Both the position numbers and the translations under genes were made by a program. From Candidatus Falkowbacteria bacterium (GTDB lineage Bacteria; Patescibacteriota; Patescibacteriia; Patescibacteriales; UBA12465): 64,000 bases of DNA. Under the pieces are notes generated by a model that worked only from the letters and a program-made list of their open reading frames with translations, was not told where the DNA came from and searched no databases. Location of the stretch: the NCBI GenBank assembly GCA_037134915.1, contig JBAXLJ010000002.1, positions 192,935 through 256,934 of the forward strand, read 5' to 3'. Shown one piece after another: positions 34,801-45,128 of the stretch. The first letter of the stretch is position 1. Each line of letters opens with the position of its first letter.

Positions 34801-35676
34801 ATGCCAAACGGTTTAGGTCGCGGGCTTGATTCACTCATCCCTAAAAAAATAATTACCACGATGCCAGCTGAGGCCTTGTCAGAGGTTGGTTCGGCTTTGC
34901 TGCTTAACGATTTAGATAGAATTGTTAAGGTTGCTCCGGAAAAAATTGCAATTAATCCTTGGCAACCGCGCCAGCATTTTGCGGATGCGGCCTTGCATGA
35001 ACTAGTAGAATCAATTAGAGAACACGGCATTATTCAGCCTTTAATTGTTACTAAAACTAATGGCAACTATGAACTAATTGCCGGTGAACGCCGCCTGCGT
35101 AGCGCTAAGGTTTTAGGTTTAAAAGAAGTACCGGTCATTGTGCGTGAAGCCAGTGAACAAAAGAAATTAGAATTTGCCATTATTGAAAACTTGCAGCGTG
35201 AGAATTTAAATCCACTCGAAACTGCCTGGGCTTATCAAAAATTAATTGATGAATTTAATATTTCCCAAGAGGATGCCGCGAAACGGGTCGGGAAAGCTCG
35301 TTCGACTGTGGCTAATTGTTTGCGTTTGCTGCTTTTGCCAGACGAGATTAAAACGGCTTTAGCAGAGAAAAAGATTAGCGAGGCTCATGCTAAATATCTA
35401 TTAGGTTTAGATAGTGAAGCCAAGCAGATTAATGTTTTTCGTAAGATTGTTCGAAATAATATGACCGTGGCGGAAACCGATCGAGAAATTAAGCGTTTAG
35501 GTGGTACTAAAGAGGCTCGGGTCAAAGATTTTGCCGATGAAGACAAGGAAAAACGTTTGGCTCAAGCGCTAAACACTAAAATAAATATTAAAAGACAGGG
35601 AAAAGGCGGTAAAATTGTGATTGATTTTTACAGTGAGGGTGAGCTAGGCGATATTATTGACAAAATTACAAATTGA
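34801..35676 (+). CDS. parB: Chromosome partitioning protein ParB/Spo0J
   Basis: GLGRGLDSLIP, IQPLIV, ELIAGERRLRSAK and the HTH QEDAAKRVGKARSTVANCLRLL. Ends at TGA. Confidence 0.93.
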   Translation: MPNGLGRGLDSLIPKKIITTMPAEALSEVGSALLLNDLDRIVKVAPEKIAINPWQPRQHFADAALHELVESIREHGIIQPLIVTKTNGNYELIAGERRLRSAKVLGLKEVPVIVREASEQKKLEFAIIENLQRENLNPLETAWAYQKLIDEFNISQEDAAKRVGKARSTVANCLRLLLLPDEIKTALAEKKISEAHAKYLLGLDSEAKQINVFRKIVRNNMTVAETDREIKRLGGTKEARVKDFADEDKEKRLAQALNTKINIKRQGKGGKIVIDFYSEGELGDIIDKITN

Positions 35677-35738
35677 TTGTATAATAATTAGTTATTTAGT
35701 TCTTATATTTAAAAACTTAATTAGAGGAGGAAAGAATC

Positions 35739-35957
35739 ATGAATAAAGAGGCTCAAGAAAAAGCTTTCTGTCTGATTTGGTATCTTGGTTTGTTGGTTGG
35801 TTTTTTAACGATGATTATTTCTCTGGTTGCAGACGGTTTATCTTTAATGAGCCTCAAGCAAGCAATGTTGATCGGTGGAATAACGTCGATCTCTTCTGTT
35901 TTTTTAATGTTTGCGGCTTTTACACAAAAAGATGGGTCGCTACACATTAAGCTGTAA
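35739..35957 (+). CDS. Small two-TM membrane protein
   Basis: 72 aa. It is the only start I checked with a canonical SD (GAGGAGG 8 nt upstream). A hairpin with T-run follows at ~35978-36000. Confidence 0.5.
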   Translation: MNKEAQEKAFCLIWYLGLLVGFLTMIISLVADGLSLMSLKQAMLIGGITSISSVFLMFAAFTQKDGSLHIKL

Positions 35958-36009
35958 ATTTTTAAAAAAAGTGTTTCGCAAGGGACACTTTTTTTCTTTT
36001 CAGGCAACG

Positions 36010-36038
36010 TTGATTAGCCAGTCTAAACTTGTTATAGT
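36010..36038 (+). promoter_or_regulatory. Sigma-70-type promoter of dnaE
   Basis: TTGATT, a 17-nt spacer, then TGtTATAGT. Confidence 0.5.
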
Positions 36039-36074
36039 TAACTTAAGATTAACTTAAGAAAAGCTCAATTTTCT

Positions 36075-39000
36075 ATGTCTTTTGTTCACCTCCATAATCA
36101 TACCCATTATTCCTTGCTTGACGGCTTAACTCAGCTCGATGAGCTGATTAATCGTGCTAAAAGCGAAGGTTCACCAGCAGTTGCTATCACTGATCATGGC
36201 ACCATGTATGGCGTGATTGAATTTTATCAAAAATGTAAAAAAGCTGGTATTAAGCCGATTATCGGGGTGGAAACTTACCTAGCGCCAAAGAGCCGCTTTG
36301 ATAAATTAAATCGCTTAGACGCTAAAAATTATCACCTGCTGCTACTAGCTAAAAATGATACTGGTTATAAGAATTTAATTAAACTAATCTCTGCGGCTCA
36401 TCTGGAAGGTTTTTATTATAAGCCACGAATCGACTGGGAACTTCTAGAGAAATATCATGAAGGCATTATTGCTTCTACTGCTTGTTTAGGTGGCGAAATT
36501 TCCCAATATATTTTAGCCGGTGACTTAGTGGGGGCCAAAAAAAGGATTCTCGAATATAATGATTTATTTGGTCAGGATAATTTCTATTTAGAAATTATGG
36601 ATCACCCGGAACTTGAGGGCCAAGCTCGAGTTAATAAAGCGTTAATCGATTTTTCTAAGGAATTAAATATTCCGCTCGTGGCCACTAACGACGTCCATTA
36701 TTTAAAAAAGGAAGATGCTGAAGCTCAGGATATTCTTTTGTGTCTACAAAATAAAAAGAAAATTCAAGACACGGACCGGATGTCAATGATTGGTCATGGC
36801 GATTATTCGATGCGCTCTAACGCCGAAATGATTGAAGCCTTTAAGGATACCCCCGAGGCAGTGGCCAATACTTTGAAAATTGCCGAAATGTGCAATTTGG
36901 AAATTGAACTAGGTAAGATTCAGCTGCCATATTTTGACGTACCAGCCGGTTATGATGGTAATTCTTATTTAAAATATCAATGTGAATTAGGTTTAAAATT
37001 ACGTTACCCAGATTTAATCTCTGGCAGCGATGAAGAAAAGACGATTTTAGATCGTATGAATTTCGAACTTTCAGTGGTACTTAAAATGGGTTGGCCAGAT
37101 TATTTCTTAATTGTGGCTGATTTTGTTAATTGGGCTAAAGATAATGGTGTGGTTGTTGGTCCGGGTCGCGGTAGTGCCGCCGGATCTTTGGTTTGTTATC
37201 TAACGGGGATTACTAATCTCGATCCCCTGAAGTACGATTTATTGTTTGAGCGTTTTTTAAATCCGGAACGCATCTCCATGCCCGATATTGATATGGATTT
37301 TTCTGATATCCGTCGTAATGATGTTTTAGAATATGTGGCTAAAAAATATGGTGTCGACCACGTCTCGCAGATTATTACCTTTGGAACGATGGCGGCGCGT
37401 GCGGCCGTGCGTGATGTGGGCCGAGTTTTAGATTATCCTTATGATTTTTGTGACAGTTTAGCTAAGGATATTCCAATGTTTACTAAGTTGGCCGAAGCTA
37501 TTAAAACGGTTCCGGAGCTCAAAGAGAAATACGCCAACAATGCTGATGCTAAAAGAGTTTTAGATTACGCTTTACGTTTAGAAGGGGTGGCGCGTCACAG
37601 CTCGACTCATGCTTGCGGTGTTTTAATTACTAAAAACCCTTTAACCGATTACACTCCGATTCAATATGCCTCTTCGGCTGATAAAACTTTAGTTTCTCAG
37701 TATTCCGCCCATCCAATTGAAGATTTAGGTTTACTTAAAATGGACTTTTTAGGTCTTAAAAATCTAACAATTATTGAGGCTGCGCTTAAGATTATTAAAA
37801 ATACCCGGGGATTAAAAATTAACATTAATGATATCCCGATGGATGATAAGGCGGCTTACGAATTATTCCAGCGCGGAGAAACAACCGGGGTTTTTCAATT
37901 TGAATCATCAGGAATGAAGCGTTATCTACGTGATTTAAAGCCAACCGAATTTGAAGATATTATCGCGATGGTAGCTCTTTATCGTCCGGGTCCAATGGAA
38001 TGGATTCCTGATTATATTAGCGGTAAGCACGGTGATAAAAAAGTAGTTTATTTACACGCCAAACTTGAACCGATTTTAGCTAAGACCTATGGTGTGGCTA
38101 TTTATCAGGAACAAGTCATGCAAATCGCTCGCGATTTAGCGGGTTTTTCAATGGGGCAGGCAGATGTGTTGCGTAAGGCGATGGGTAAAAAAATTGTCAG
38201 TTTGCTCGCTGAACAGAAAGAAAAATTTGTTGATGGCTGTGTCAAAAATGGTATCTACAAAGAATTGGCGGAGAAAGTTTTTTCTTTCATCGAACCTTTT
38301 GCTGGCTATGGCTTTAATCGGTCACACGCGGCTTGCTACGCTTTAATTGGTTATCAAACCGCTTATCTGAAGGCTCATTGGCCGGTGGAGTTTATGGCGG
38401 CGCTACTGACGGCTGATCAGCAAGATACTGACCGAGTCGCTATTGAAATCGAAGAGTGCCGCAACATGGGCATTAAAATTATGGCCCCTGATGTTAACGA
38501 ATCATTTGGTTCTTTTACGGTGGTTACGGCTGGAACTTCGGAAGACCGGGTAATTTCAGAAAATGAAAAAGTGGATACAATTCGTTTTGGTTTAAACGCG
38601 GTCAAAAATATCGGCGAACATATTGTGGGTGTAATTATTCATGAACGCAAAGAGAACGGACCCTATACGGATTTATTTAATTTTTTAGAAAGGATTACTG
38701 ATAAAGATTTGAACAAGAAGTCAATGGAAAGTCTTATCAAGTGTGGCGCTTTAGAAAGTTGGGGTGAACGCGGCAGTTTGTTAGCTAATTGCGAACGGCT
38801 TCTGATGTTAAACAAGGAAATTGTTAAAAATAAAGAGAGTCGCCAGAGCAGTTTATTTTCTGGAGTAACTGAAGTATCTTATCAACCTAAACTGACCCTA
38901 GATGAAGTCGAGCCCACACCGCAGGCTGAAAAATTAGCCTGGGAAAAAGAACTACTCGGTTTATATATCAGTGAACATCCTTTTAATATCTATAAAAAAT

Positions 39001-39707
39001 ATCTAAGCGCCTACGCGGTGCCACTAATTGAGCTTCCTCGGCATAAAGGTTCTGATTCAGTAGTAACAGCTGGTATTATCGGTTCAATAAAAAAAATTAT
39101 TACCAAGAAAAATGAGTCTATGCTATTTGTGAAGATTGAAGACGCGGTCGCTTCGGTCGAACTTTTAATTTTTCCTAAACTCCTCAAAGAAACTTTAAAT
39201 ATCTGGCAGCCCGGAAAGGCAATTATTTGTGAAGGTAGTGTTTCCGAAAAAGACCAGGATGTAAAATTGCTGATTAATCAGGTTATGATAATGGATTCAG
39301 TTAGTCCTCAAAACTCGGTTGATGATTTTAAAAAAATCATGATGGCTTATCGTGAAAAAAATGGACCAGCCAGTTCTTGGCAGAAAAAATACCGTAATAA
39401 TGACAATCGTAATAATTCCGGAGCTTATAGTAGTAACGCCAATAAAATTGTTGCCGCCGTAAAAGCCGAAACTATTTCGCCTGAAAATCCACCGCTTAAG
39501 ATTATTTTTGAAAGTGAACTCTCAAATGATGCTCTGCAAAAACTTCGCGAACTCTTAATTGCCCACCCAGGTGACAGTGATACTTATTTTAAAATTAAAC
39601 AAACCGACAAAGATACAATTATGAAAACTGGTTTTAAGGTTAATAATTCTCCAGCCTTAACCGATCTTCTCCGTGATAATTTTTCTGGTACTTTAAAAAT
39701 TGTTTAG
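36075..39707 (+). CDS. dnaE: DNA polymerase III alpha subunit
   Basis: PHP domain MSFVHLHNHTHYSLLDG. Also GPGRGSAAGSLVCYLTGIT, PDIDMDF and the polymerase core through the OB fold. 1210 aa. Confidence 0.97.
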   Translation: MSFVHLHNHTHYSLLDGLTQLDELINRAKSEGSPAVAITDHGTMYGVIEFYQKCKKAGIKPIIGVETYLAPKSRFDKLNRLDAKNYHLLLLAKNDTGYKNLIKLISAAHLEGFYYKPRIDWELLEKYHEGIIASTACLGGEISQYILAGDLVGAKKRILEYNDLFGQDNFYLEIMDHPELEGQARVNKALIDFSKELNIPLVATNDVHYLKKEDAEAQDILLCLQNKKKIQDTDRMSMIGHGDYSMRSNAEMIEAFKDTPEAVANTLKIAEMCNLEIELGKIQLPYFDVPAGYDGNSYLKYQCELGLKLRYPDLISGSDEEKTILDRMNFELSVVLKMGWPDYFLIVADFVNWAKDNGVVVGPGRGSAAGSLVCYLTGITNLDPLKYDLLFERFLNPERISMPDIDMDFSDIRRNDVLEYVAKKYGVDHVSQIITFGTMAARAAVRDVGRVLDYPYDFCDSLAKDIPMFTKLAEAIKTVPELKEKYANNADAKRVLDYALRLEGVARHSSTHACGVLITKNPLTDYTPIQYASSADKTLVSQYSAHPIEDLGLLKMDFLGLKNLTIIEAALKIIKNTRGLKININDIPMDDKAAYELFQRGETTGVFQFESSGMKRYLRDLKPTEFEDIIAMVALYRPGPMEWIPDYISGKHGDKKVVYLHAKLEPILAKTYGVAIYQEQVMQIARDLAGFSMGQADVLRKAMGKKIVSLLAEQKEKFVDGCVKNGIYKELAEKVFSFIEPFAGYGFNRSHAACYALIGYQTAYLKAHWPVEFMAALLTADQQDTDRVAIEIEECRNMGIKIMAPDVNESFGSFTVVTAGTSEDRVISENEKVDTIRFGLNAVKNIGEHIVGVIIHERKENGPYTDLFNFLERITDKDLNKKSMESLIKCGALESWGERGSLLANCERLLMLNKEIVKNKESRQSSLFSGVTEVSYQPKLTLDEVEPTPQAEKLAWEKELLGLYISEHPFNIYKKYLSAYAVPLIELPRHKGSDSVVTAGIIGSIKKIITKKNESMLFVKIEDAVASVELLIFPKLLKETLNIWQPGKAIICEGSVSEKDQDVKLLINQVMIMDSVSPQNSVDDFKKIMMAYREKNGPASSWQKKYRNNDNRNNSGAYSSNANKIVAAVKAETISPENPPLKIIFESELSNDALQKLRELLIAHPGDSDTYFKIKQTDKDTIMKTGFKVNNSPALTDLLRDNFSGTLKIV

Positions 39708-39802
39708 AATTAATATTTTTGGTATAATTAATTTAAATTAAAATCAAAGAAATAAAAAATTTCTTTTCTCGCATTTAATTGCGAAAAAACAAGAAAAATC
39801 TT

Positions 39803-41377
39803 ATGCCAAAAATAAGTAAAGCGCCAAAAGTTAAAAACACGGCACCTAAAAAAAATAAAATTGTTAAAAAAACTAAAACTGCACCAGTGAAGAAAAAGGT
39901 TGTTAAGAAAGTTGTTAAGAAAATTACCCCACCAAAAACTAACCGAATTGTAGTTGACGTTATTTCTGATGAAGAAATTTTTGGTACCGATAACACTAAT
40001 GAAACTTTGCCGGTTTTTTCTTCTTGGCCAGATTTTAATAAAACGGCTAGCTTGGAGAGTCAGGTAGAAGTTGAGACTGATTATAAAATTTCTGAGGAAG
40101 AGGTTTTGCCGAGTGATGATGAAAATTATGATAAGCAGAAAAAGTTCTTTTCTGATTGGGCGTCTCAGATTAAGTCGGTTGAAGGACAGGAGAAGCCTAT
40201 GCTGGCCCCTAAAAAATCTGTTGGTTTATACCGTAAACAAGCTTTATTTTATCTCGGAGCCACCGCCATTTTACTATTTGCGGTCTTTTACCTATTTTTT
40301 TCCAAATTAACGATTATGATTTCACCTCAAGGTGAAACAGTTAATGACTCTTTGACTTTTAATATTTCTGGAAGCAGTGCTGGTGCTAGTTCTGACACCT
40401 CTACCGATGATTCCGAACTCAAATATAATAAGAATATTGACGGCGAGGTGAGCGTGGTGGAAGTTGACGCTGAAAAAACTTATCAAACTAGCGGGGAAGA
40501 AGTTTTAGGTGGCGAAGATGTCTCTGGCACGGTTATAATTACCAATAAATCAGCCAAAGCTCAACCACTAGTAGCTAAAACTAGATTACTTTCACCGGAT
40601 GGAAAATTATTCCGTTTGAAAGATTCTGTTAGTGTTCCAGCTGGTGGGGTAGTAACTGCCAATATTTACGCCGATAAGCCTAGCACTGAGATGGCCATTA
40701 CCACTCCGACTCGTTTTACCATCCCTGGTTTATGGGCCGGTTTGCAGGATCGAATTTACGCAGAAAATTCTGGAGATTTTGTTTACCAGACGCAAGTTAA
40801 AAAATATTTAAAACAGGCCGATATTGATAACGCTAAAAAAGATATTAATGAAGTTTTGAATTTAAAAGCTAAGAATGATTTAAAGAGTTCTGACTCTAGC
40901 AAAGTAGTAGTTTATGGCGATAGTAGTAGTGACGGCGCAACTACTGAATTTGATGCTAAATTAGGCGATGAAAAGACTAACTTTACTGTTAAAGCTAAAA
41001 AGCAAGTGGTGGTAGTTGTTTTCTCTAAAGAAAAAGCCGCCTCTTTAGCTGAGGCTCGCTTATCTTTACTGGTGCCTGATGACAAACAATTGGCGAATTT
41101 TAATAAAGACCAAATCACTTACTCCTTAGAAAATTTTGATCCGGCCACCAAGCTAGCTGTTGTTAAAGCTTATTTTAGTGGTTCAATTTTCTTAAAATCA
41201 GATTCTACTTTCCTGGATCGAAAAAAATTAGTGGGCTTAAATAGTAGTCAGATTTCTCAGTACCTTAATAGTTTCCCGGAAATTAAGGATTATGACTTAA
41301 AGTTTTCGCCACCATTTATAAAAACGGCCCCTACTTTGCCAGATAGAATAAATATCGAAATCAAAAACGCTCAGTAA
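39803..41377 (+). CDS. Hypothetical membrane-anchored protein with Lys-rich N-terminal tail
   Basis: Tail MPKISKAPKVKNTAPKKNKIVKKTKTAPVKKKVVKKVVKK. One TM (ALFYLGATAILLFAVFYLFF) and a ~350-aa external domain. The ORF-track start at 39779 is a TTG, so the ATG at 39803 is preferred. Confidence 0.55.
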   Translation: MPKISKAPKVKNTAPKKNKIVKKTKTAPVKKKVVKKVVKKITPPKTNRIVVDVISDEEIFGTDNTNETLPVFSSWPDFNKTASLESQVEVETDYKISEEEVLPSDDENYDKQKKFFSDWASQIKSVEGQEKPMLAPKKSVGLYRKQALFYLGATAILLFAVFYLFFSKLTIMISPQGETVNDSLTFNISGSSAGASSDTSTDDSELKYNKNIDGEVSVVEVDAEKTYQTSGEEVLGGEDVSGTVIITNKSAKAQPLVAKTRLLSPDGKLFRLKDSVSVPAGGVVTANIYADKPSTEMAITTPTRFTIPGLWAGLQDRIYAENSGDFVYQTQVKKYLKQADIDNAKKDINEVLNLKAKNDLKSSDSSKVVVYGDSSSDGATTEFDAKLGDEKTNFTVKAKKQVVVVVFSKEKAASLAEARLSLLVPDDKQLANFNKDQITYSLENFDPATKLAVVKAYFSGSIFLKSDSTFLDRKKLVGLNSSQISQYLNSFPEIKDYDLKFSPPFIKTAPTLPDRINIEIKNAQ

Positions 41378-41379
41378 AT

Positions 41380-41413
41380 AAAAAACTAGACTTTAAAAAG
41401 TCTAGTTTTTTTT
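41380..41413. terminator. Bidirectional terminator
   Basis: AAAAAACTAGACT-ttaaaa-AGTCTAGTTTTTTTT. Confidence 0.8.
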
Positions 41414-41436
41414 ATTGAAGTTAAGCGGGATAATCT

Positions 41437-42387
41437 TTAAAATATTCCTAAGAAATCTGATTTGTGATGATGATCAATTTTCTTTTTCCCAGAATAGACA
41501 TCTAGAGCGTCTTCTAAGGTGGCGCCGTGGTTAATAATTAAAGCTAAAGCGGTGGCTAATTTAATGGCCTCGGGCAAAGTTCTCTGATGAAGATTGCGAC
41601 CCAAAGCCAGACCTTCACAACCGGCAATATTTTTCTGATTCCAGGCGTGGGCAATTAACTCTTCAGCTTTTTGTTTACTGCCGCCAACACAAATAACTCG
41701 AGTTCGGCCAGCGGCCTTAGTGACCTCCTGAAAACTTTCAGCGGTCGCTTTTATCTTGCCGGCATAAGGATATTTAACTTTAACAAAATCAGCACCCAAA
41801 GCCGCGGCTACGCCAGCACCACCGCTGATTGTGTGAACATCTTCCTCATTGACGTTTTCACCGCGAGGATACATCCAAATAATGACTATTAAACCATTCT
41901 TATGAGCCTCACGGATAATTCCGGCGGCTTCTTTTAACATTTTACTTTCCTTGGCGCCGCCAAGATAGACCGTATATCCTACGCCTAAAATATTCAAATT
42001 ACTTTGTTTTTTAAAATCCATGACATCTTCAACACTAAACCAAGCCTTGCTCATTAAAGCCTCATCATTTTTATATAGATTAGTGCGACCATTTAACTTA
42101 ACTAAATATGGTATTTTAGGGTAGTTAGCGCCATAACGAGCAATTAAGCCCAGATGAGTGGCAAAGACACCAATTGGCGAGGCAGCGGCGATTTGAAATA
42201 AGTGTTCCGGATTGGCATTTTCCGGAGCAATATCAGGACCAAAAAAATCGTCGTTTAGATGTTCGACTTTTTGATCGCCAGCAAATAGCAACAAAGAGCC
42301 GCTACCGGCAGTTGCCCAGCTCAAATTTTTACGATAGTCTCGATGTTTGGCAGCGGGGACAGTTAAGGGGATTTTTATTTCCATCAT
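41437..42387 (-). CDS. fba: Class I fructose-bisphosphate aldolase, archaeal/DhnA type (DeoC/LacD superfamily)
   Basis: LLLFAGDQKVEH, IIWMYPRG and GADFVKVKYP (Schiff-base Lys context). 316 aa. Confidence 0.8.
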   Translation of the reverse strand: MMEIKIPLTVPAAKHRDYRKNLSWATAGSGSLLLFAGDQKVEHLNDDFFGPDIAPENANPEHLFQIAAASPIGVFATHLGLIARYGANYPKIPYLVKLNGRTNLYKNDEALMSKAWFSVEDVMDFKKQSNLNILGVGYTVYLGGAKESKMLKEAAGIIREAHKNGLIVIIWMYPRGENVNEEDVHTISGGAGVAAALGADFVKVKYPYAGKIKATAESFQEVTKAAGRTRVICVGGSKQKAEELIAHAWNQKNIAGCEGLALGRNLHQRTLPEAIKLATALALIINHGATLEDALDVYSGKKKIDHHHKSDFLGIF

Positions 42388-42462
42388 AAAGTTAAAAAGT
42401 TTATAAAATTACTAAAATATGATATTATAAAGATATTAAAAACAATTTTATTATATCATTTT

Positions 42463-43350
42463 ATGAGTGAGGATAAAAGACCAAAAAGTACTATTGATTT
42501 AAAAAAATATGAAGACCCCACCGGACTGGCTGCTAAAAATTTAGATTTTGGTTTATGGATGGCCAATAATAGACAGCGTCTTCATAAAATATTAATTATC
42601 TCTTTATCAATCTTGGCCGGCAGTTTAATCCTTTATTCTATTTATGGAGTGGTTTATTATTTTACTTACGGAAAAAATCAGGATCAAATTTTAGCGCAAG
42701 ATAATTCGGGTATTGATTTGGCGGCTTATCGAGCTCAGAGCAAGCCAATAGATATGATTCTAATAAGCGCTAAAGCAATTAGTAGTAATATCGGGTCCGA
42801 TTTTGTGGCCACTTTAAAAAATCCTAATCCGAAGCAAGCAGCTGTTTTCGATTTTTGTTTTGGATCGGGTGATACCAAGGCTTGCGGTTCAAGTTTTATC
42901 CTGCCCAGCGAAGAAAAAAACGTTTTACTTTTAAATAGCTTAGTTAAACTACCAACGGGGCCAGTAAATATGGAAATAAGCAATGTTAGGTGGCAAAAAA
43001 TAAATGCGGGAAAAATTCCCGATTGGAATCTTTTTAGAACGGAACATATTAAATTTAACACTGGTGATCCTAAATTTATTTCTTATGACAAGGGTATTAA
43101 TTACTTAGAATTTACTGTTAGCAATGATTCTGCCTATGGCTACTTTGAGGTTCCTTTAGATATCACAATATTACAGGGTAATGAAATTGTGGCAATTAAC
43201 CGTTATGTAGTTAAAGATTTTGCTAGTCGAACCCAGAAATCAGTTCGCTTGTCCTGGCCCGAGGCGGCTAATATTATTGGAGTGATAAAAATAATTCCTG
43301 ATTTAAATATTGTCAACGATAGTATTTATAAGCCTTACAGTAGTAACTAA
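42463..43350 (+). CDS. Hypothetical single-pass membrane protein
   Basis: TM ILIISLSILAGSLILYSIYGVVYYF with an external beta-rich domain. Upstream of the SEDS gene. Confidence 0.5.
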   Translation: MSEDKRPKSTIDLKKYEDPTGLAAKNLDFGLWMANNRQRLHKILIISLSILAGSLILYSIYGVVYYFTYGKNQDQILAQDNSGIDLAAYRAQSKPIDMILISAKAISSNIGSDFVATLKNPNPKQAAVFDFCFGSGDTKACGSSFILPSEEKNVLLLNSLVKLPTGPVNMEISNVRWQKINAGKIPDWNLFRTEHIKFNTGDPKFISYDKGINYLEFTVSNDSAYGYFEVPLDITILQGNEIVAINRYVVKDFASRTQKSVRLSWPEAANIIGVIKIIPDLNIVNDSIYKPYSSN

Positions 43351-43352
43351 TT

Positions 43353-44462
43353 ATGTATTATCAGATTAAACTATATTTAAAGAATTTTGATTGGATTATT
43401 TTTTCCGCTGTTTTACTTTTGTCAGTTTTTGGTTTAATGGAGGTCTATAGTGTAGCCCTAGGTTTGGGCAGTCACGATTTAGTTAATTTTTATAAGCAAG
43501 CTTTTTTTGTAGGTTTGGGAATAATTTTAATGTTTATTTTTACCTTCATTGATTACCGTTTTTTAAAAAGTTTAAGCCGTTATCTTTATTGGTTTGGGGC
43601 TTTTATTTTGATTTCGGTGTTAGTTTTTGGCCAGACTATTAACGGCACCAAAGGCTGGTTTAATGTCTTTGGTTTCGGGATTCAGCCGGTGGAATTTATA
43701 AAAATAATTTTGATTATATTTTTAGCCAGTTATTTTTCTAATCTAGCGACCAAAGTCAAAACTTTACGCCATTTTATTTTTTCAGCCTTAAGCACAATTC
43801 TCTTAGCGGCGTTAATTATCTTACAACCAGACTTTGGTTCCGCTTTGGTTTTGTTAGCCGTTTGGTTCGTAATGATCATTATGGCGGGATTTAATAAACG
43901 TTATTTTATTGCCATTTTTTTAATCGCAATAGTTTTATCAGGCACTGCCTGGCTAACCTTTAAAGATTATCAAAAGCAAAGAATCACCACTTTTTTGAAT
44001 CCTTCGCTAGAATCGTGTTCCCAAAAAGAGTGCTATAATAGCTTTCAGGCGATTATTGCGGTCGGCTCCGGCGGGGTCACCGGTAAGGGGGTGGGCTTTG
44101 GTTCGCAGTCACAGCTAAAGTTTTTACCAGAGGCCCAGACTGATTTTATTTTTTCCGTCGTTTCTGAAGAATTGGGTTTTCTAGGCGTGGGACTTATCTT
44201 AAGCTTTTTCGGAATCTTCTATTTCCGTTCACTGTCCGCTTTAAAAAAGATCAATAATGATTTTGGGATTTATTTTATTTTGGGTTTGCTAGGCTTAATT
44301 TTAACCCATATGTTTGTTAATATCGGTATGAATATTGGACTGCTGCCGATTGTTGGTTTACCTTTGCCCTTTATTAGCTATGGTGGCAGCGCAACCCTAT
44401 CTTTATTTATGGCAGTCGGAATTATGGAAAATATTATTATTAAATCAAAGATTAATTATTAA
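43353..44462 (+). CDS. SEDS-family peptidoglycan glycosyltransferase (FtsW/RodA)
   Basis: QPVEFIKI, LQPDFGSAL, PEAQTDFIFSVVSEELGF and GLPLPFISYGGSA. Confidence 0.9.
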   Translation: MYYQIKLYLKNFDWIIFSAVLLLSVFGLMEVYSVALGLGSHDLVNFYKQAFFVGLGIILMFIFTFIDYRFLKSLSRYLYWFGAFILISVLVFGQTINGTKGWFNVFGFGIQPVEFIKIILIIFLASYFSNLATKVKTLRHFIFSALSTILLAALIILQPDFGSALVLLAVWFVMIIMAGFNKRYFIAIFLIAIVLSGTAWLTFKDYQKQRITTFLNPSLESCSQKECYNSFQAIIAVGSGGVTGKGVGFGSQSQLKFLPEAQTDFIFSVVSEELGFLGVGLILSFFGIFYFRSLSALKKINNDFGIYFILGLLGLILTHMFVNIGMNIGLLPIVGLPLPFISYGGSATLSLFMAVGIMENIIIKSKINY

Positions 44463-44508
44463 AGCCGAAAAAACCCATTTAAAATTGGTATAAATAGGCT
44501 ATAAATGT

Positions 44509-45117
44509 ATGGATATTATTTTAAAATCTCAAGCTCGTGAGCCCAAAGAAAGACTAAGTGTCGATTTTGTGCCAGCCATTCTCTACGGCCGCGGCGTGGC
44601 CAGTGTTAGTTTAAAGGTAAGACGTGGTGATTTAGACAAAGTCGTTGGTTTAGCTGGCGAGTCCAACCTAATTCTTCTAGAACACGAGGGCGGCAAAGTT
44701 AAGGTCCTAATTAAAGAAATTCAAAGAAGTGGTTTAAATGGCAGTTTATTGCATGTTGATTTTTTTCAAGTAAACATGACTAGTAAAATCAATACTGAAA
44801 TTCCTTTGCACTTTGTGGGCGAATCTAAAGCAATTAAAGAAATGTCTGGCTCCTTAATCAAAGATATCGATTCTTTGGAAGTCGAATGTTTACCCGGAGA
44901 TTTGGTTGATCATATCGATGTTGATATTTCCGTGCTTAAAGAATTTCATGATGAAATTTCGACCAGTGATTTAATTTTACCAAAGGGAATTGAACTCGCT
45001 AGTGATGTAAATCGTATTATTGCCAGTGTTATTCCACCTCGAGTTCAAGAAGCTGTCGTTGAGGCAGCTCCAGTTACGGCCACCAAAGAAGAACCTAAAA
45101 CTGAGGATAAAAAATAA
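44509..45117 (+). CDS. rplY: 50S ribosomal protein L25/Ctc
   Basis: VPAILYGRG.., LHVDFFQV and the two-domain Ctc form with an acidic/Lys tail. Confidence 0.9.
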   Translation: MDIILKSQAREPKERLSVDFVPAILYGRGVASVSLKVRRGDLDKVVGLAGESNLILLEHEGGKVKVLIKEIQRSGLNGSLLHVDFFQVNMTSKINTEIPLHFVGESKAIKEMSGSLIKDIDSLEVECLPGDLVDHIDVDISVLKEFHDEISTSDLILPKGIELASDVNRIIASVIPPRVQEAVVEAAPVTATKEEPKTEDKK

Positions 45118-45128
45118 ACAACAAGTTC

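Noticed and set aside
33965-36075. Searched for a parS site (TGTTNCACGTGAAACA) in and around parAB.
   Set aside because: I found no full or near-full match by eye. The only CACGTGA core seen (56925-56931) lacks the flanking GTTTC/GAAAC arms.
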